Assembly (NCBI RefSeq): GCF_009914755.1
Contig: NC_060925.1
Length of the DNA stretch: 64,000 nt
DNA from: the human T2T-CHM13v2.0 reference genome, Homo sapiens
Direction: 5' to 3' (one strand)
Below are positions 45,356-59,355 of the stretch, in pieces. Made by a program: the position numbers and the translations under genes. The notes beneath the pieces are model-generated. The model saw nothing but the letters and a program-made list of their open reading frames with translations. It ran no database searches and was not told the DNA's origin. Position 1 is the stretch's first letter; every line of letters starts with the position of its first letter.

Positions 45356-46374
45356 GTCATTAGAAAAAAAAAAGCAGATGCATCTAGGATTGCAAGATTA
45401 TTTACATGTAGTCCAGGGGGATTACATACATTTTAGCTATTTTGTAGAAGGTATAATTTAATCAGGAACACAAGTTCAAGCACAGCCCATGAGAGATGAA
45501 GGGATATGAAGAACACTAACTTTGGTTTCTAAAGGAAAGTGTGTAGAGTGTACATTCTTACTCGTCTGCAAAGAGGGTGGATGAATGAAAAATGAAGAAG
45601 GGGGTGTATTCGTTTATACTTATGAAGGCATCTGCTCACAATCAGTCACTTGTAGAGAGAGTGCCAGCTGGCAGGGTACTTGCGTGATGTAAATTGTCCA
45701 TCCGCTCAGAAGAGCAGAAGTACAAGGAGGCCTTGTGCAAAGGACTGAATTCCTACCCAGAGGACAAGGGAGGGAGGTTCTTGTAGATATCTAAATGAGA
45801 TCTACTTCCATTTTCCACTTTATTTGCAGTTTTCAACATGTCATTTTTCCTGCTGTCCCAGCTACGATTACTGTTTGACTTGAGTAATCAGTTTCCCCCC
45901 TTCACTGCAACTGCTGCTTATTAAGCCTCTGCCTGGTGGGGGGAGGGTGGGTATAGGAGGGGACACTGCTGGAAAAATGGTGTCACTTTTTCCAAGAGTG
46001 TTGTTTTCCTTGTCTTTCTGCTTCACTGGTTCATTTTTGTGAGCTGTATAAGAGCTAAAGGATATTATTACAGATTTCATTTTTTGAAATGCATCAAAAT
46101 CTCCATCCCCTCCCCTACCTGCTAATCTTTTTGCTTGTTAAGAAAGAAAGTGCTTCTTTCTGTGAAATCATAGATAATTCTAGGGGTATCAAATGTAATG
46201 GAATTAAATCTTATAAAATTTCTGAATGGACTTCCTTCTGCTTTTTTTTCACGATAGTAGAGAAAAAATTCAAACTTCCTTGGACAAAATTTTAAAACAG
46301 TATGCCCTGCAGAAGAAGAGGTTTTAGTAGAAATTTTTGTTTTTGTATTCTTTGATTTCTTAGATCTGGATTGG

Positions 46375-46568
46375 AGTGGGTCACCAAACTTTTTCTGTGA
46401 GAGGCCACTAAGTTAATATTTTAGGCTTTGCTGGCCATGCAGGGTCTCCACAATTGCCCAACCCTGCCCTTGTAGCCAGAAAAGCAGCGATAAACAGTGT
46501 AAAGCATTGTTTACAAAAATAGGTGGTGGGCTAGATTTGATCTTCCAGCTGTGGTTTGCCAGTCTCTG
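46375..46568 (+). mobile_element. MER58A (hAT-Charlie)
   Basis: caaactttttctgt...aatattttaggctttgc...tttacaaaaataggtggtgggctagatttg. Confidence 0.8.
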
Positions 46569-47429
46569 TCTTGGATTCTAAGCTACTTAAAGTGTGTCCT
46601 ACCTCCCTCCCTCTGCCCTTCCTCTTCCTCCTTCCCCTCCCTCTCTAATTACTATATGAACATCTGGCACTTCGTACTTAAGCCCCCCTTTTAATGTATA
46701 TTTTTTAAATACCTAAAATTTCTTCTCTGAAAAATAAATATTTCTATGCTAGTCTGTAGCCAACAGAATGTAACACCCTCCCTGAAAATGCCAACATTAC
46801 CCGACACAGACTGGGATTAAACAAGTCTAGGCTTCTAGACAAAGAAGAAACAGTGTTTTCTTATCTTTTTGAGTGTACTGAAGCAGAAGTTAACTCTTTG
46901 CTTTCAGATGTGTCCCTTATCATCGAGAATTGCTGGTGGTCCTGTATCATTTTATTATAGGAAGGAAGGATGGACACCAGAGAGGGTGGGGAATTTGGTT
47001 TACAGGGAATCTTGACCAGTGCCTGCCTATAAAGGGTACCACTGTGAAATCCCCAGCAGTAAGTAGGTTTTCTAAAAATCAAGGGTGTATTTCTACTTGC
47101 CTAGGTTTTAGGGCCTTGTGAATGCAAGTCGAATGATAGAGGAAATTGGCTTGGAGGAAAATGTTGGGGAGTTTGGGTTTAGCTGGGTGCAGTCACCCCT
47201 AGACTTGGATGTGGAGTGAGTACCCCTGTTGACTTTAACATCTGTGTGTGTCTTAAAGAAGACTGCTACTTTTCTGGTTTATTGTCTATGCCTACAGATG
47301 ACACGTGGAATAAATTGCACATTAAAATGTCTGACATGAAAATCAGAAGAGCTTAAGTTCATTCCACAGAAGCCTTTTGTTAGAATCTTCAAAGGATGAG
47401 AACCAGGATGAAGAAGAGTTTACAGTAGG

Positions 47430-47680
47430 GAAGTATTTCTCAACTGTAATTGTACATAAAAATTGCCTATGGTGCTTTAAAAAAATACAGAGTCTGGGGA
47501 CACATGTTCTCGGGATCTCCTAAGGGCTGTCACAGACCATAAAGTTTAAGAAGAAAAAAAAAAAATACAGAGTTTGGGACCTCACCCAAAACCTACCAAA
47601 ATGAAACTTGTGGAGATGAGGCTCAACAATTTGCATTTTCTGAAGCTCTGTGGGTGATTCTAATAGCCAGTCTGGGACCT
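47430..47680. mobile_element. MER5-like relic containing a 60-bp retro-insertion
   Basis: ttctcaac..aaaaatacaga..tttgcatttt..gggtgattctaat. Confidence 0.6.
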
Positions 47681-48121
47681 TATTGTGGGCCAGATTATGA
47701 GAACTACTATAACAGGAAGACATAGACCTGGGCTGGCTCTAATGGAAAGGGGCCTTCTAGAGCGCCTGGGGGTTTTGAACTGTTTGGGTACAGATAACTC
47801 TTTTTAGTCTGGATACTTACAGTGATCCTGAAAATGTATATTATGCCTTTTCTCTTTAGGAAATCTTTGGGAAGGCTTTTTTAGAGAACGTCTTTGTGGA
47901 TGAAAGGGGCTCTCTTTCTCCACATCTCTTAGACCCACTCCAATCCACTCCAAACCACCAGAGAAAGTCCTCATTGTTCAGTAGAAATCCAGCTGCCACA
48001 CTGGATCATTCCCATCAGCACAACACATGATGTCTTCCCATCTTAAAAAGCAATTTGTTCTTGAACACCCCTTTCCCCCTTCAGCTACCACCTCATTTCT
48101 TTATAGAAAAATTACTTAGTG

Positions 48122-48282
48122 GGCTGGGTGCAGTGGTTCACGCCTATAATCCTAGCACCTTGGGAGGCCCAGGTGGGAGGATTGCTTGAGGCCAGGAGTT
48201 CAGTGTTGCAGTGAGCTATGATAGTACCATTGCACTCCATCCTGGGCGATTTAGGGCTCTCCCCTGTCTCTAACAGAAAATA
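48122..48282 (+). mobile_element. Alu monomer (left-arm/right-arm hybrid, J-age)
   Basis: TSD agaaaaattactt (48105-48117, 48283-48295). Confidence 0.88.
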
Positions 48283-49342
48283 AGAAAAATTACTTGGAAA
48301 ATTGTTTTTATTACCTGTCTCCAATGCCCCCTTCCCTTGTGCCCAGCATTCTCTATGGCTTTCATTCCTGTCAGTTCTAACAAAGCACTTCAAGGTCACA
48401 CCTCCAGGTTGCCAAATCCAGTAGCCAATGCTCAGTCTTCATCTTTCTTAGCATTTCAGGAGTATATGACAAAGTTCAGTTGGTCACTCTCTTCTTTTTA
48501 AAAGAAGCTTTTTAAAATTTGGCTTCTGGAATTCTACTCTTTTGGTATTCTTTCTACTTCAGTGGCTTTTCTCTCCAGTCTCCTTTTCTGGGTCCTCCCC
48601 ATTTCCCCCATTGCTAAAAGTTGGTATGTCCCGAGACCCAGTCTGTGTACCTCTTATCTATCTATGTCCATTCCCTAGTTGTTTTCCTCTAATCCCATGG
48701 CTTTGAATACTAACTGTATGCTGACGACTTCCAGATTTCTCTCTCTTGCTGCAGCCTTTTCCTGAACTCCAGACTTTTATATCCTACCTGCTGAATTGAT
48801 ATTTTCACTTAGAGGTTTCGTGGGTATCTTCAACTTAGTATATCTGAAACTGAACTCCCAGTTTCTTACTCTCCATCCCCCCATGGCTGCTTCATCATTC
48901 CAGTTGTATAAGCCAAAGCTTGCATCCCACATCCAGTCCATCAGTAAAAGTGGTTTGTTCCACCCTCAAAATATGTCCAAAATACCATTATCTGTTAGCT
49001 GGATTGTTGCAAAACTCATCTAACTCATCTTCTTGTTTCTCTGTCATCCCTTCTGTAGTCTTTGGTCAGTACAGCAACCAGTCATCCTTTTGAAATGCTA
49101 GTTAGAGCCTGTTACTCCTTTGTATAAAACTCTCCAGTGGGTTCTCATCTTATTCAGAGTACAAACCAAGTCTTACAGTGATCTACAGAGCCCTCCATGT
49201 TGGCATTCCCTCCTCCTCTCAGCTTCTCTCACCTCATCTCCTAATACCTTTCCACCTTACTCACTGCTGCTTCAGCCGCACTGGCCTCCTCACCACTCCC
49301 TGGAACTTGCCAGCATGTGCCTGCCTCAGGGTATTGCACTTG

Positions 49343-49382
49343 CCATTCCTGGAATGCTCTTCCCATTCCTGGAATGCTCTTC
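49343..49382. repeat. Perfect 20-bp tandem duplication
   Basis: ccattcctggaatgctcttc x2. Confidence 0.95.
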
Positions 49383-49948
49383 CCCCAGATGTTGCACTGT
49401 TTTACTTCTTCAGGACTCTGCTCAGATTTCACCTTATCCATGTCATGAGACCATCTCTGATAATGCTGAATTAAATAGGCTCCCCACAAACTTTCTATTC
49501 CCACTTCGTTTTTCACCGTCATCTGACACACAGAATTTTCATTTTTATTTTAAAATCTGTTCCTTACCCAAGCATGCTCCCTACTTTTACTGTAAGTTCT
49601 ACAAGGTTGAGACCTTGTCTTATTCTCTGCTGATCCCCAGTGCCTAGAACAGGGACTGACACATAGTAGGTTTTCAGTAAATGTTTGTTGAATGAATGGA
49701 AGAATTTGGACTTGAGCAATTATCAAGACCAGTCATAGCTGTTAACCTTGACCTAATGGGTGGCTGTGGTAAGAAATTAATAAGCAATTGTGAAAACTGA
49801 GAAAGCCATTTTAGTATGTAAGATATCTTATGGTATTTGTAATTTGTAATTATTTCCTCTTTTAAGGACAGATGTAAACAGTACATGATCAGGGGAATTA
49901 GGGACCAAGTTTATTAGGAATGAAACTAAAGAATAAAAGGCACTGTAG

Positions 49949-50269
<321 letters not shown>

Positions 50270-53200
50270 GGATTAGAGTATTTTAAATAGCACATCACAG
50301 TGGACTTTTAAGTTCACTTAGCAAATAGTTGTTGAATAGAAAAAGTAAACTATTGGTCAACTTTTTGTGACTTTGTGGGATTATTGGAGTTGACCTTAGT
50401 CTATTACTATACCACCGTGACTAGGTATTAGAATCTTGTTTTCTAATTAGATTTTCTCTTTTTAAAAAAACTATTTTTCACTCTTCTGTTATAGATAAAA
50501 GCCAAACTATAGCCAGCTTTCAATAGTATATGAATATCACAGAACAAGAAATAGCTTCCCACACAATTATGGTGTCTTTTTCATAGCTTAACAATTACAC
50601 ATTTCTGAAATATGGGCTTATGTAGCTTATATTTAATTGCCTTTTTATTTCTTTAGTGTTATAATTAACTTAGTTGCCTTCTTTGTGACTCCGTTAAATC
50701 TCATGTCAGTCAAATCCCTGTAGTGGGATCTTTGTTCAGCAGAGCGAGTGGATTTTTTGCCTCAGCTTACACGAGTGGGGGTGAATATTGGCCTTGTTCC
50801 TTTAGCCCAGCTCAAGGACTTATTCATGCCTGTAGTCTACCACCATGAATTAGGTCTGGTATTGAGTCTTGGAAGCATGGGGTTTGGGTTAATAAGGCAT
50901 ATTCCCCAGTTCTTGGCTTAAAATTTCACTTGGGAATCTTTTTTGGTGAGTATATCAAATAAAATGGCAAAGATGTGCAGATTAGGATGAATTTATCGTA
51001 TGTTTTGATAATGGAAATTGTTTGTACCCTCTAACAGTGATTTGCACTTATTTGAAATTACTCTCCAAGGTTGTTTGACATTCTAGTGTTCAGTTAAGAA
51101 TTCTCTCTGTATGCATATAATGGCTGTTTTATGATCACATTTTAATTCCTATGATAAGTCAATTTTGGCCCTTCAGTTTACTGAAGTGTATATGGCATTT
51201 TGGGGCATTGCAATTAGGCAATGCAAGCAGAAAGCTTTTATTTTTTAGAACTTCTGCATTAGGTTAGTGCTGTGATCTTATTTAACCATAGCACCAAGTA
51301 GTATTTTGAGGGTGATAGGGAAAGAGAATTGTCTTTTTGGCTTAAACTTTAATTTTGATACTTCATCGAAAAATCTAATTTCCATAGAGATTACGGGTTT
51401 ATCTTCTCCAAAATCATACTGTCTATTTCAGAACTTTTGTTTTCCTCTTAGCTCCATAGTGATAATCATACCATTATTTTTATAATAGCTTTTGATACAG
51501 AATTCTGTTAGCTTTAAAAAATTCTAAAATGATATCTTCTATTTTACCTACCTGCTTTGTTATATTTCACTGTGGCAACATAGAATTGAGACTTTCCATA
51601 TTCCATCTCTGTTCATCTTAGTTAGCGTGTCTTTCCGTTATTAACAATGGCCCAAGTGTGATAGGAAGTGCTTATTGCCTGTACTCAGAAAACATGACTG
51701 TTGAAGCCCTTTGTTCATTCATTTGAAAGGGATACTTTCTCAAATTGTAAGTTCCATTGCATTTGTTGTCATAAATTTAGTTAGGAATTACTATTTTATA
51801 CAAAACTGTAAAGGTTATTTGTCTGCATTTTTAAGTTGTGCTGATCTAAATATACTTTCTAAGGGATTGTCCTCTTGCACTGTTGGCATTTGACTGATTG
51901 ACAAGGGGGAGGCCATGAAAAGGGAGTACAGAAATTTAGGGGAAAGGAACAGGATAATAAGTTTTTAAAAACAAACAATTTTGAAGATAAGTTTTAGCCA
52001 ATAGAAACTAGCCCTTCAACAGGCAATAATGAGGACTGAGTTTTTCAGCATCTGGAGTGACTGCACTGTACCAGACCATCTTGGTATATTCCTTATGTGC
52101 TTAGTTGTTCTGTAGTGCTTCCGATCATCTGCCTGTGTCTGCTTGAGGATCCCACAGTCAGTATTAAGTTGGCCTTGGGTCGTCTTAATCAGTGAGGCTC
52201 TATTTGTGCAATCCATCCGCTGAGGTGGAACAATAACAGCTGGTGTGCAGCTGGATATGTTGTCCTGGGAACTCTTGTTTCAGCCAGCAGTTATGCTAAC
52301 AAAATTGAAAACATTTTCAAATAGTTGCTTTCTGTGACTACTGTTTGTGTTAACTGTTTGGAGATCCCATTTAGTAGCCTAAACACACCCCATCTCTAAT
52401 TGACTTTGTGCTACAACTTTATTAAAGTTTTATATGCCTAAAATCAAGTCTGGCTTCAAGGAGAGCATTCCTTTTCTGACTTCCAAAGAGTTAACACATA
52501 AGAGCCAGTAGTGAACCAGTGACTCCTAATTTGATACTTTAGAATGAACTAGTTTTCTTTTTCTAATTCAAGCTGTGGAAGGGCATTTTGCAATTTTGTA
52601 AAATTCTATATGGCTATTGTCATTCATTACTAAACTCTAAAGGAGGTTGTTTCACAAGATCCTTATGGAATTTTTCTGAGTAGCACATAACAGAGGAGCA
52701 TTTATGTTCCCCAGCAGTCAGTGCTTGAATCCAATTCTAAGACAAGAAGAGTTTCTCCCTTATTCAGAGAGATGAGAAATACTTTACCATGTAGGAGGCT
52801 TAAGCAGAATTCCTTGGCTTGGTCCCACATGAACAAAGGCTGGATTCTCATTGTCGATGAGGCCTGTTCCCCTCCTCTCATTCCCTCAACCAGCATGAAC
52901 TGTAGGATCTAGAGCAGGAAGTATTGGTTAATTTTGTGTGCTTCATTCTAAACATCTGCCCTTGAGTTTTTTGTTTATGGAAGGGATATGGCAGGGGGAG
53001 GAAGAGGGGCAGTAGAACACTCAGAAGCTAAACATTTTTTTGGTGGTGTGTATATCCATGGTTAGTCTTCGTGTGTGTGAACATGGGGTGAGGAGTGGAA
53101 GATGTTCTGGTTGAATAGTTGGCTGGAATACATCCAGAAATGCACTTACTGTTTTCCTTAATCATTTGGCTTGGCTACTTTACCTTAAAGCCATACTGTC

Positions 53201-53819
53201 TACTTTCACTTGCTCCCGTAGCATGTTGATAATCTAGTAGTGTCATCAGACTGGAAATTAGAAGACCTGGTCCAGTTTTCTATTCATCTACCTGTTAACT
53301 GGATCTTCTTACTTTGTCAATTGTGAAATGAGTAGGATGGACAGAATAGGGAAGTATAGTGAGAGAGAGGACATGGTAACCCTCAGGTAGAGCTATTTAA
53401 CAGAATAAAAAGCTCCTTAGTGTTCCAGTTCTGGTTGTAGTTAATTCCAGATAACACACATACCTCGCACTTTGACCCCTCTATTCCATTTTCTGTATTT
53501 GCCTTCTTATTTATCCAGACTGGATTCCAAATTCCTTGAAGCAACTTTATTCCCCTTGTCTTGTTGTCTTTCTTTTACATTGGCAGAGGGGATGCTGAAT
53601 GCTGCAGCAGAAATCACACCTCCACAGAGATGTTTGTACAAAGGCATGGCCTCCTGCTCTCCTCTCAGCCACCTGGTCTTTGCCCAGTAAGCCTTCTTTT
53701 TTCTAGTCAGCTACCTTTGCTGGACTTTACATTGGCTATTATAAAGTTTCTACACTCTGTTCAAATATTCCCCACCCAACATTACTCCCTGTCTTTGCCG
53801 CCAGTCTTGAGCAGGTATC

Positions 53820-55800
<1,981 letters not shown>

Positions 55801-56699
55801 GATGTACTTCCCCTGTCATGGAGTCATCTCATGATGAGTTGTAAATTGCAGTTGTCTGTATGCGCCGTTGGGTTGACTGCAACTCTGAGGGTGGTGCACG
55901 TGACTCTCTTGTCATGGAGGTGTGTGAGCCTCCATACAGACTGCCACAGAGCTCCCTCATTTCCAGCTGTGGCTGTAGATTGGCATAAGAAAGGTAGCCC
56001 TGCAAATGAAGCTCAGTGCCAGCAAGGCCAGGCCAGCACCTGCAAGTAGACTGCATCAGAGTTTAATGCTAGCATAATTGCTTTCTGGACATTTTGCTAC
56101 TTGTGGCTCTGTGTCTGTGGCTGCAGCAAGAGACATATGCCTGGTTCTTTCAGAGGGTGGCTTTGTAGTACAGATGTTGATTGGAACACAGGATGCCTTG
56201 ATTGATTTTACCTTCTCTCCTTTGGCCCAGTCTGCTGCCGTTGGGTTGCTAAAGAACAATGAGATATCAGAAGGATAGAGAGAAAATAGAGAAAGAAGGA
56301 TAATCTATAATCTACAGACTAGTGAGCAAGCCTTTGAACAGTCGAGGCCACCTACTCATGAGTAAAATTACATTGTTTAACCATTCTGTAATGTCTTAGA
56401 TAGTGAGTCTCTGGAATGCCACAGATACTGTACTATAACCTCGCCCTCATTCAAAGGTGATGTCTTGACATTTTTGACGCAACAAAGAGATACAGGTAAA
56501 ACTTGCATTCTTTTAACAGAAAGTGTGTAAACTGTATTTGTGTGACTTGTGTCTAGGCAAAATGCACTGCATCCTAGATAGAATATTCATGTTTGTATAG
56601 TATCCTTTAGTAACTGTACCAGGAACAGTCAGGTCCTTTTATGTGAACGTATTCAGAATCCCAGTTCAGGGATTTTCTTTATAAACCCTATTGTGGTAA

Positions 56700-56920
56700 T
56701 GCCTTATATTTGTATAGAATTTTACAATTAGTCAAGTATGTGTAGATCTTAGTTTGACCTTCCAACAACTCTTGAAGTCGGTGGGGCAGGGATTGTCTTC
56801 ATTTTTACAAAGAGAAAATGGCAGAGCAGAAATCATATGGTTAGTAAAGGAGGGAGTCAGGACCTGAACTCAGGTCTCAAAATGCCCCATCCTGTGTTCT
56901 TTCTGTTATGCCACATGGCT
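56700..56920 (-). mobile_element. MIR
   Basis: catttttacaaagagaaaa...ggacctgaactcaggtct. Confidence 0.6.
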
Positions 56921-58454
56921 TTATGTTGAAGCTAATGTGTGTGCAAGTATGTTTCATGTATGTGGGGGACAGTTAATCCAACCTCCTCTAAGATCTGGGC
57001 CAGTTGAGAAATAGTCGGATATTGCTCATCCTGTCAGTTTTATTATAGAGAACGCTCAGTTGAAGAATGTGGCCTGGACACATAGCTCGCATGGGCTTTC
57101 TGCTCTTTTCCTCCCTGAATTGACCTCACCCACTTACTCCCAGATCCAGCAGCAGGACAGCGGCAGGCCCCACCCCACACAGAGGCAGAGCCCCACTGTG
57201 TTGCACTGAGTGCAGGAGAGGAGAGAGGGGGACTCCAGCCGGCAGCCAGAGAGAGACAAAGCGGGGTCCAGGCCACACATGAGGAATCGCTCCTTGTCTC
57301 TCAGGGACTAGTGGGTACGAGGAAGTGAAAGTGGCAGAAGTCTCTCCTCAACACTTCTGAGAGCACAGAAGTTGCTGTTCTGTGGGTTTTGTAGGAGAGG
57401 GTTGGGATGGTTCTTGAATTAATTGGCTTAGGGAGAAAAAACTGTAAGCTCCTTGAATACAGGGATCTCTGTGTCTTCACACATTCTGTCCCCTGATGTA
57501 TATAGCATAGAGCTGAGCATAGATTTGTGCCCAACAAATTCTTGTTGACCAAACTGGGATCTTCACTATAACATAGAAGTAGCAAAGTATAGATATTGTT
57601 AGAGTTAGCAAGACCCAATGTGTGAATGAATGGTGATTTTATATTTTACCCATGTGAAGACACACTGGCTGGCAACCAAGCCATCCTGACCATAAGACCA
57701 CACTCTGGCTTTTGCAGGGAACTGTCTGCCCCAGTGACTGCTGTCTTTTCCTCTCTGCTCAGAGCTCATTTCTCATATATTCTCTTTTGAACATATTGAA
57801 ACAACCTTTTTAAACCTCCTTTCTCCCTTTGTCTTTTTTCCCCCATTTCATTGTTCATCCACTGAAGGAATTTTTTTTCCTCTTTCTTATTCTACTCCCT
57901 GCTACATCTCTCAAACACTGTCCTCCCTTCTTCAAATGTCTGTATCTTAACTTGGTAGATAAGTAGAAGAATAGAGCTGATGATATTCTTTCTGCGTCAA
58001 GAGTAACGTTACAGTTAATAGAGAATGAGGTTTTTTTAAAGTCTTAAAGGGCCTGGAGACCCATTTAGAAAGTTAGCATATATTTGCTTTTGTATCTTTT
58101 AATTAAGCTTTTGCTGAAGTACCAGCATTAAGAATAAATGTACTTTTTATTCAACTTTAGTTTTAATTAATAGTATAAGTACAGTACTAACATACGCCGC
58201 CAGTTTTCATTGCACACAACATTTCCACAATGCACATCACGACAGGCCTTTATGAGCCAACTTATGGACCCAACTGCAGTTTGTCATTTTGGGGGAAAAT
58301 ACGTAGTTTTCTGTTTTAGAATAGCCTGTCTTCTTGGTTTGATGTGTACAAGGAGATTTATATCCTTTGTCAAGTTCCAAACTAAGCTGGGAATAGAGGG
58401 CATTTGTTTGCTTCATACGTATGATTTATGACCTTTGATGTGTTTGTCCCACAG

Positions 58455-58759
58455 GAAAAGCTTTTGACATCACCTATGTGCGTCTCAAGTTCCACACCAG
58501 CCGCCCGGAGAGCTTTGCCATTTACAAGCGCACACGGGAAGACGGGCCCTGGATTCCTTACCAGTACTACAGTGGTTCCTGCGAGAACACCTACTCCAAG
58601 GCAAACCGCGGCTTCATCAGGACAGGAGGGGACGAGCAGCAGGCCTTGTGTACTGATGAATTCAGTGACATTTCTCCCCTCACTGGGGGCAACGTGGCCT
58701 TTTCTACCCTGGAAGGAAGGCCCAGCGCCTATAACTTTGACAATAGCCCTGTGCTGCAG
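58455..58759 (+). CDS. LAMC1: LAMC1 coding exon 2 (LN domain, about G140-Q241), phase 1 to phase 0
   Basis: ccacAG|GAAAAGCT acceptor and CAG|GTAAAT donor; 305 nt translating (G)[101 protein letters not shown], recognised as laminin gamma-1; local CpG retention. Confidence 0.98.
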
Positions 58760-59315
58760 GTAAATTCTCACAGGTTGGCCTGAAGCCAGCTAGTTCTACA
58801 ACATGCGAGGTGTGGGAAGATTATTGTAGTGGGGCTTGTGGTCCCACTTCTGAGGTACGGGGTCAGAGTAGAATACTTGAGCAACACAGACAGAGAGCTC
58901 GATTCTGCTCTCTGTGTACTATTAATAAGTGAAGGAAAGTAGTTTTGTTCCTGCTGCCTGGTTGATGTTTGTTCTTATGCACTTGCAGATCTATTCTGGG
59001 ATGTAAACTTTACACATTTTTTAAAAAGTCAAACAATTTTAACGTTAGTCTCTGTACCTGAGGTGGAAACATTTTCCTTCTGACCTTTTGAAGAGAACAT
59101 TTGTGACCTAATTACCCAGATTTCTTGGATCTTTTCTTGCCTATTTTTTGATTTGACAAAATAAAATGTATTTTTTAAAATTAGCAAAGGGGAACCGTTG
59201 AAGCAAGATATTTAAGAATGCCATCTTCTTTCATTTTTACACAAGAAAATTTTGATTAGGTTTGTCTGGCACGATTGCTGATCATTAAAGAAACTCCTCA
59301 TCACCTAAAATGGAT

Positions 59316-59355
59316 GATGTTAGTAACAGGATATGGATGTTAGTAACAGGATATT
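59316..59355. repeat. 20-bp tandem duplication
   Basis: gatgttagtaacaggatat[g/t] x2. Confidence 0.92.

Larger units (their letters stand above)
47990..49698 (+). mobile_element. L2a, about 1.7 kb
   Basis: ttgccaaatcca, tatgctgacgacttccagatt, tail ccccagtgcctagaacag...tgtttgttgaatgaatg. Confidence 0.85.

Noticed and set aside
46598-46646. Polypyrimidine tract with H-DNA potential
   Set aside because: Short, interrupted and not a clear mirror repeat; common low-complexity DNA
49120-49647. 175-aa plus-strand ORF
   Set aside because: Lies in CT-rich L2 3' sequence that is poor in stop codons; non-ATG start
58455-58460. Alternative in-frame acceptor AAG 6 nt into exon 2
   Set aside because: AAG is weak against the upstream CAG; no support from sequence alone
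58382-58771. Antisense and alternate-frame ORFs over exon 2
   Set aside because: Shadow ORFs typical of GC-rich coding exons
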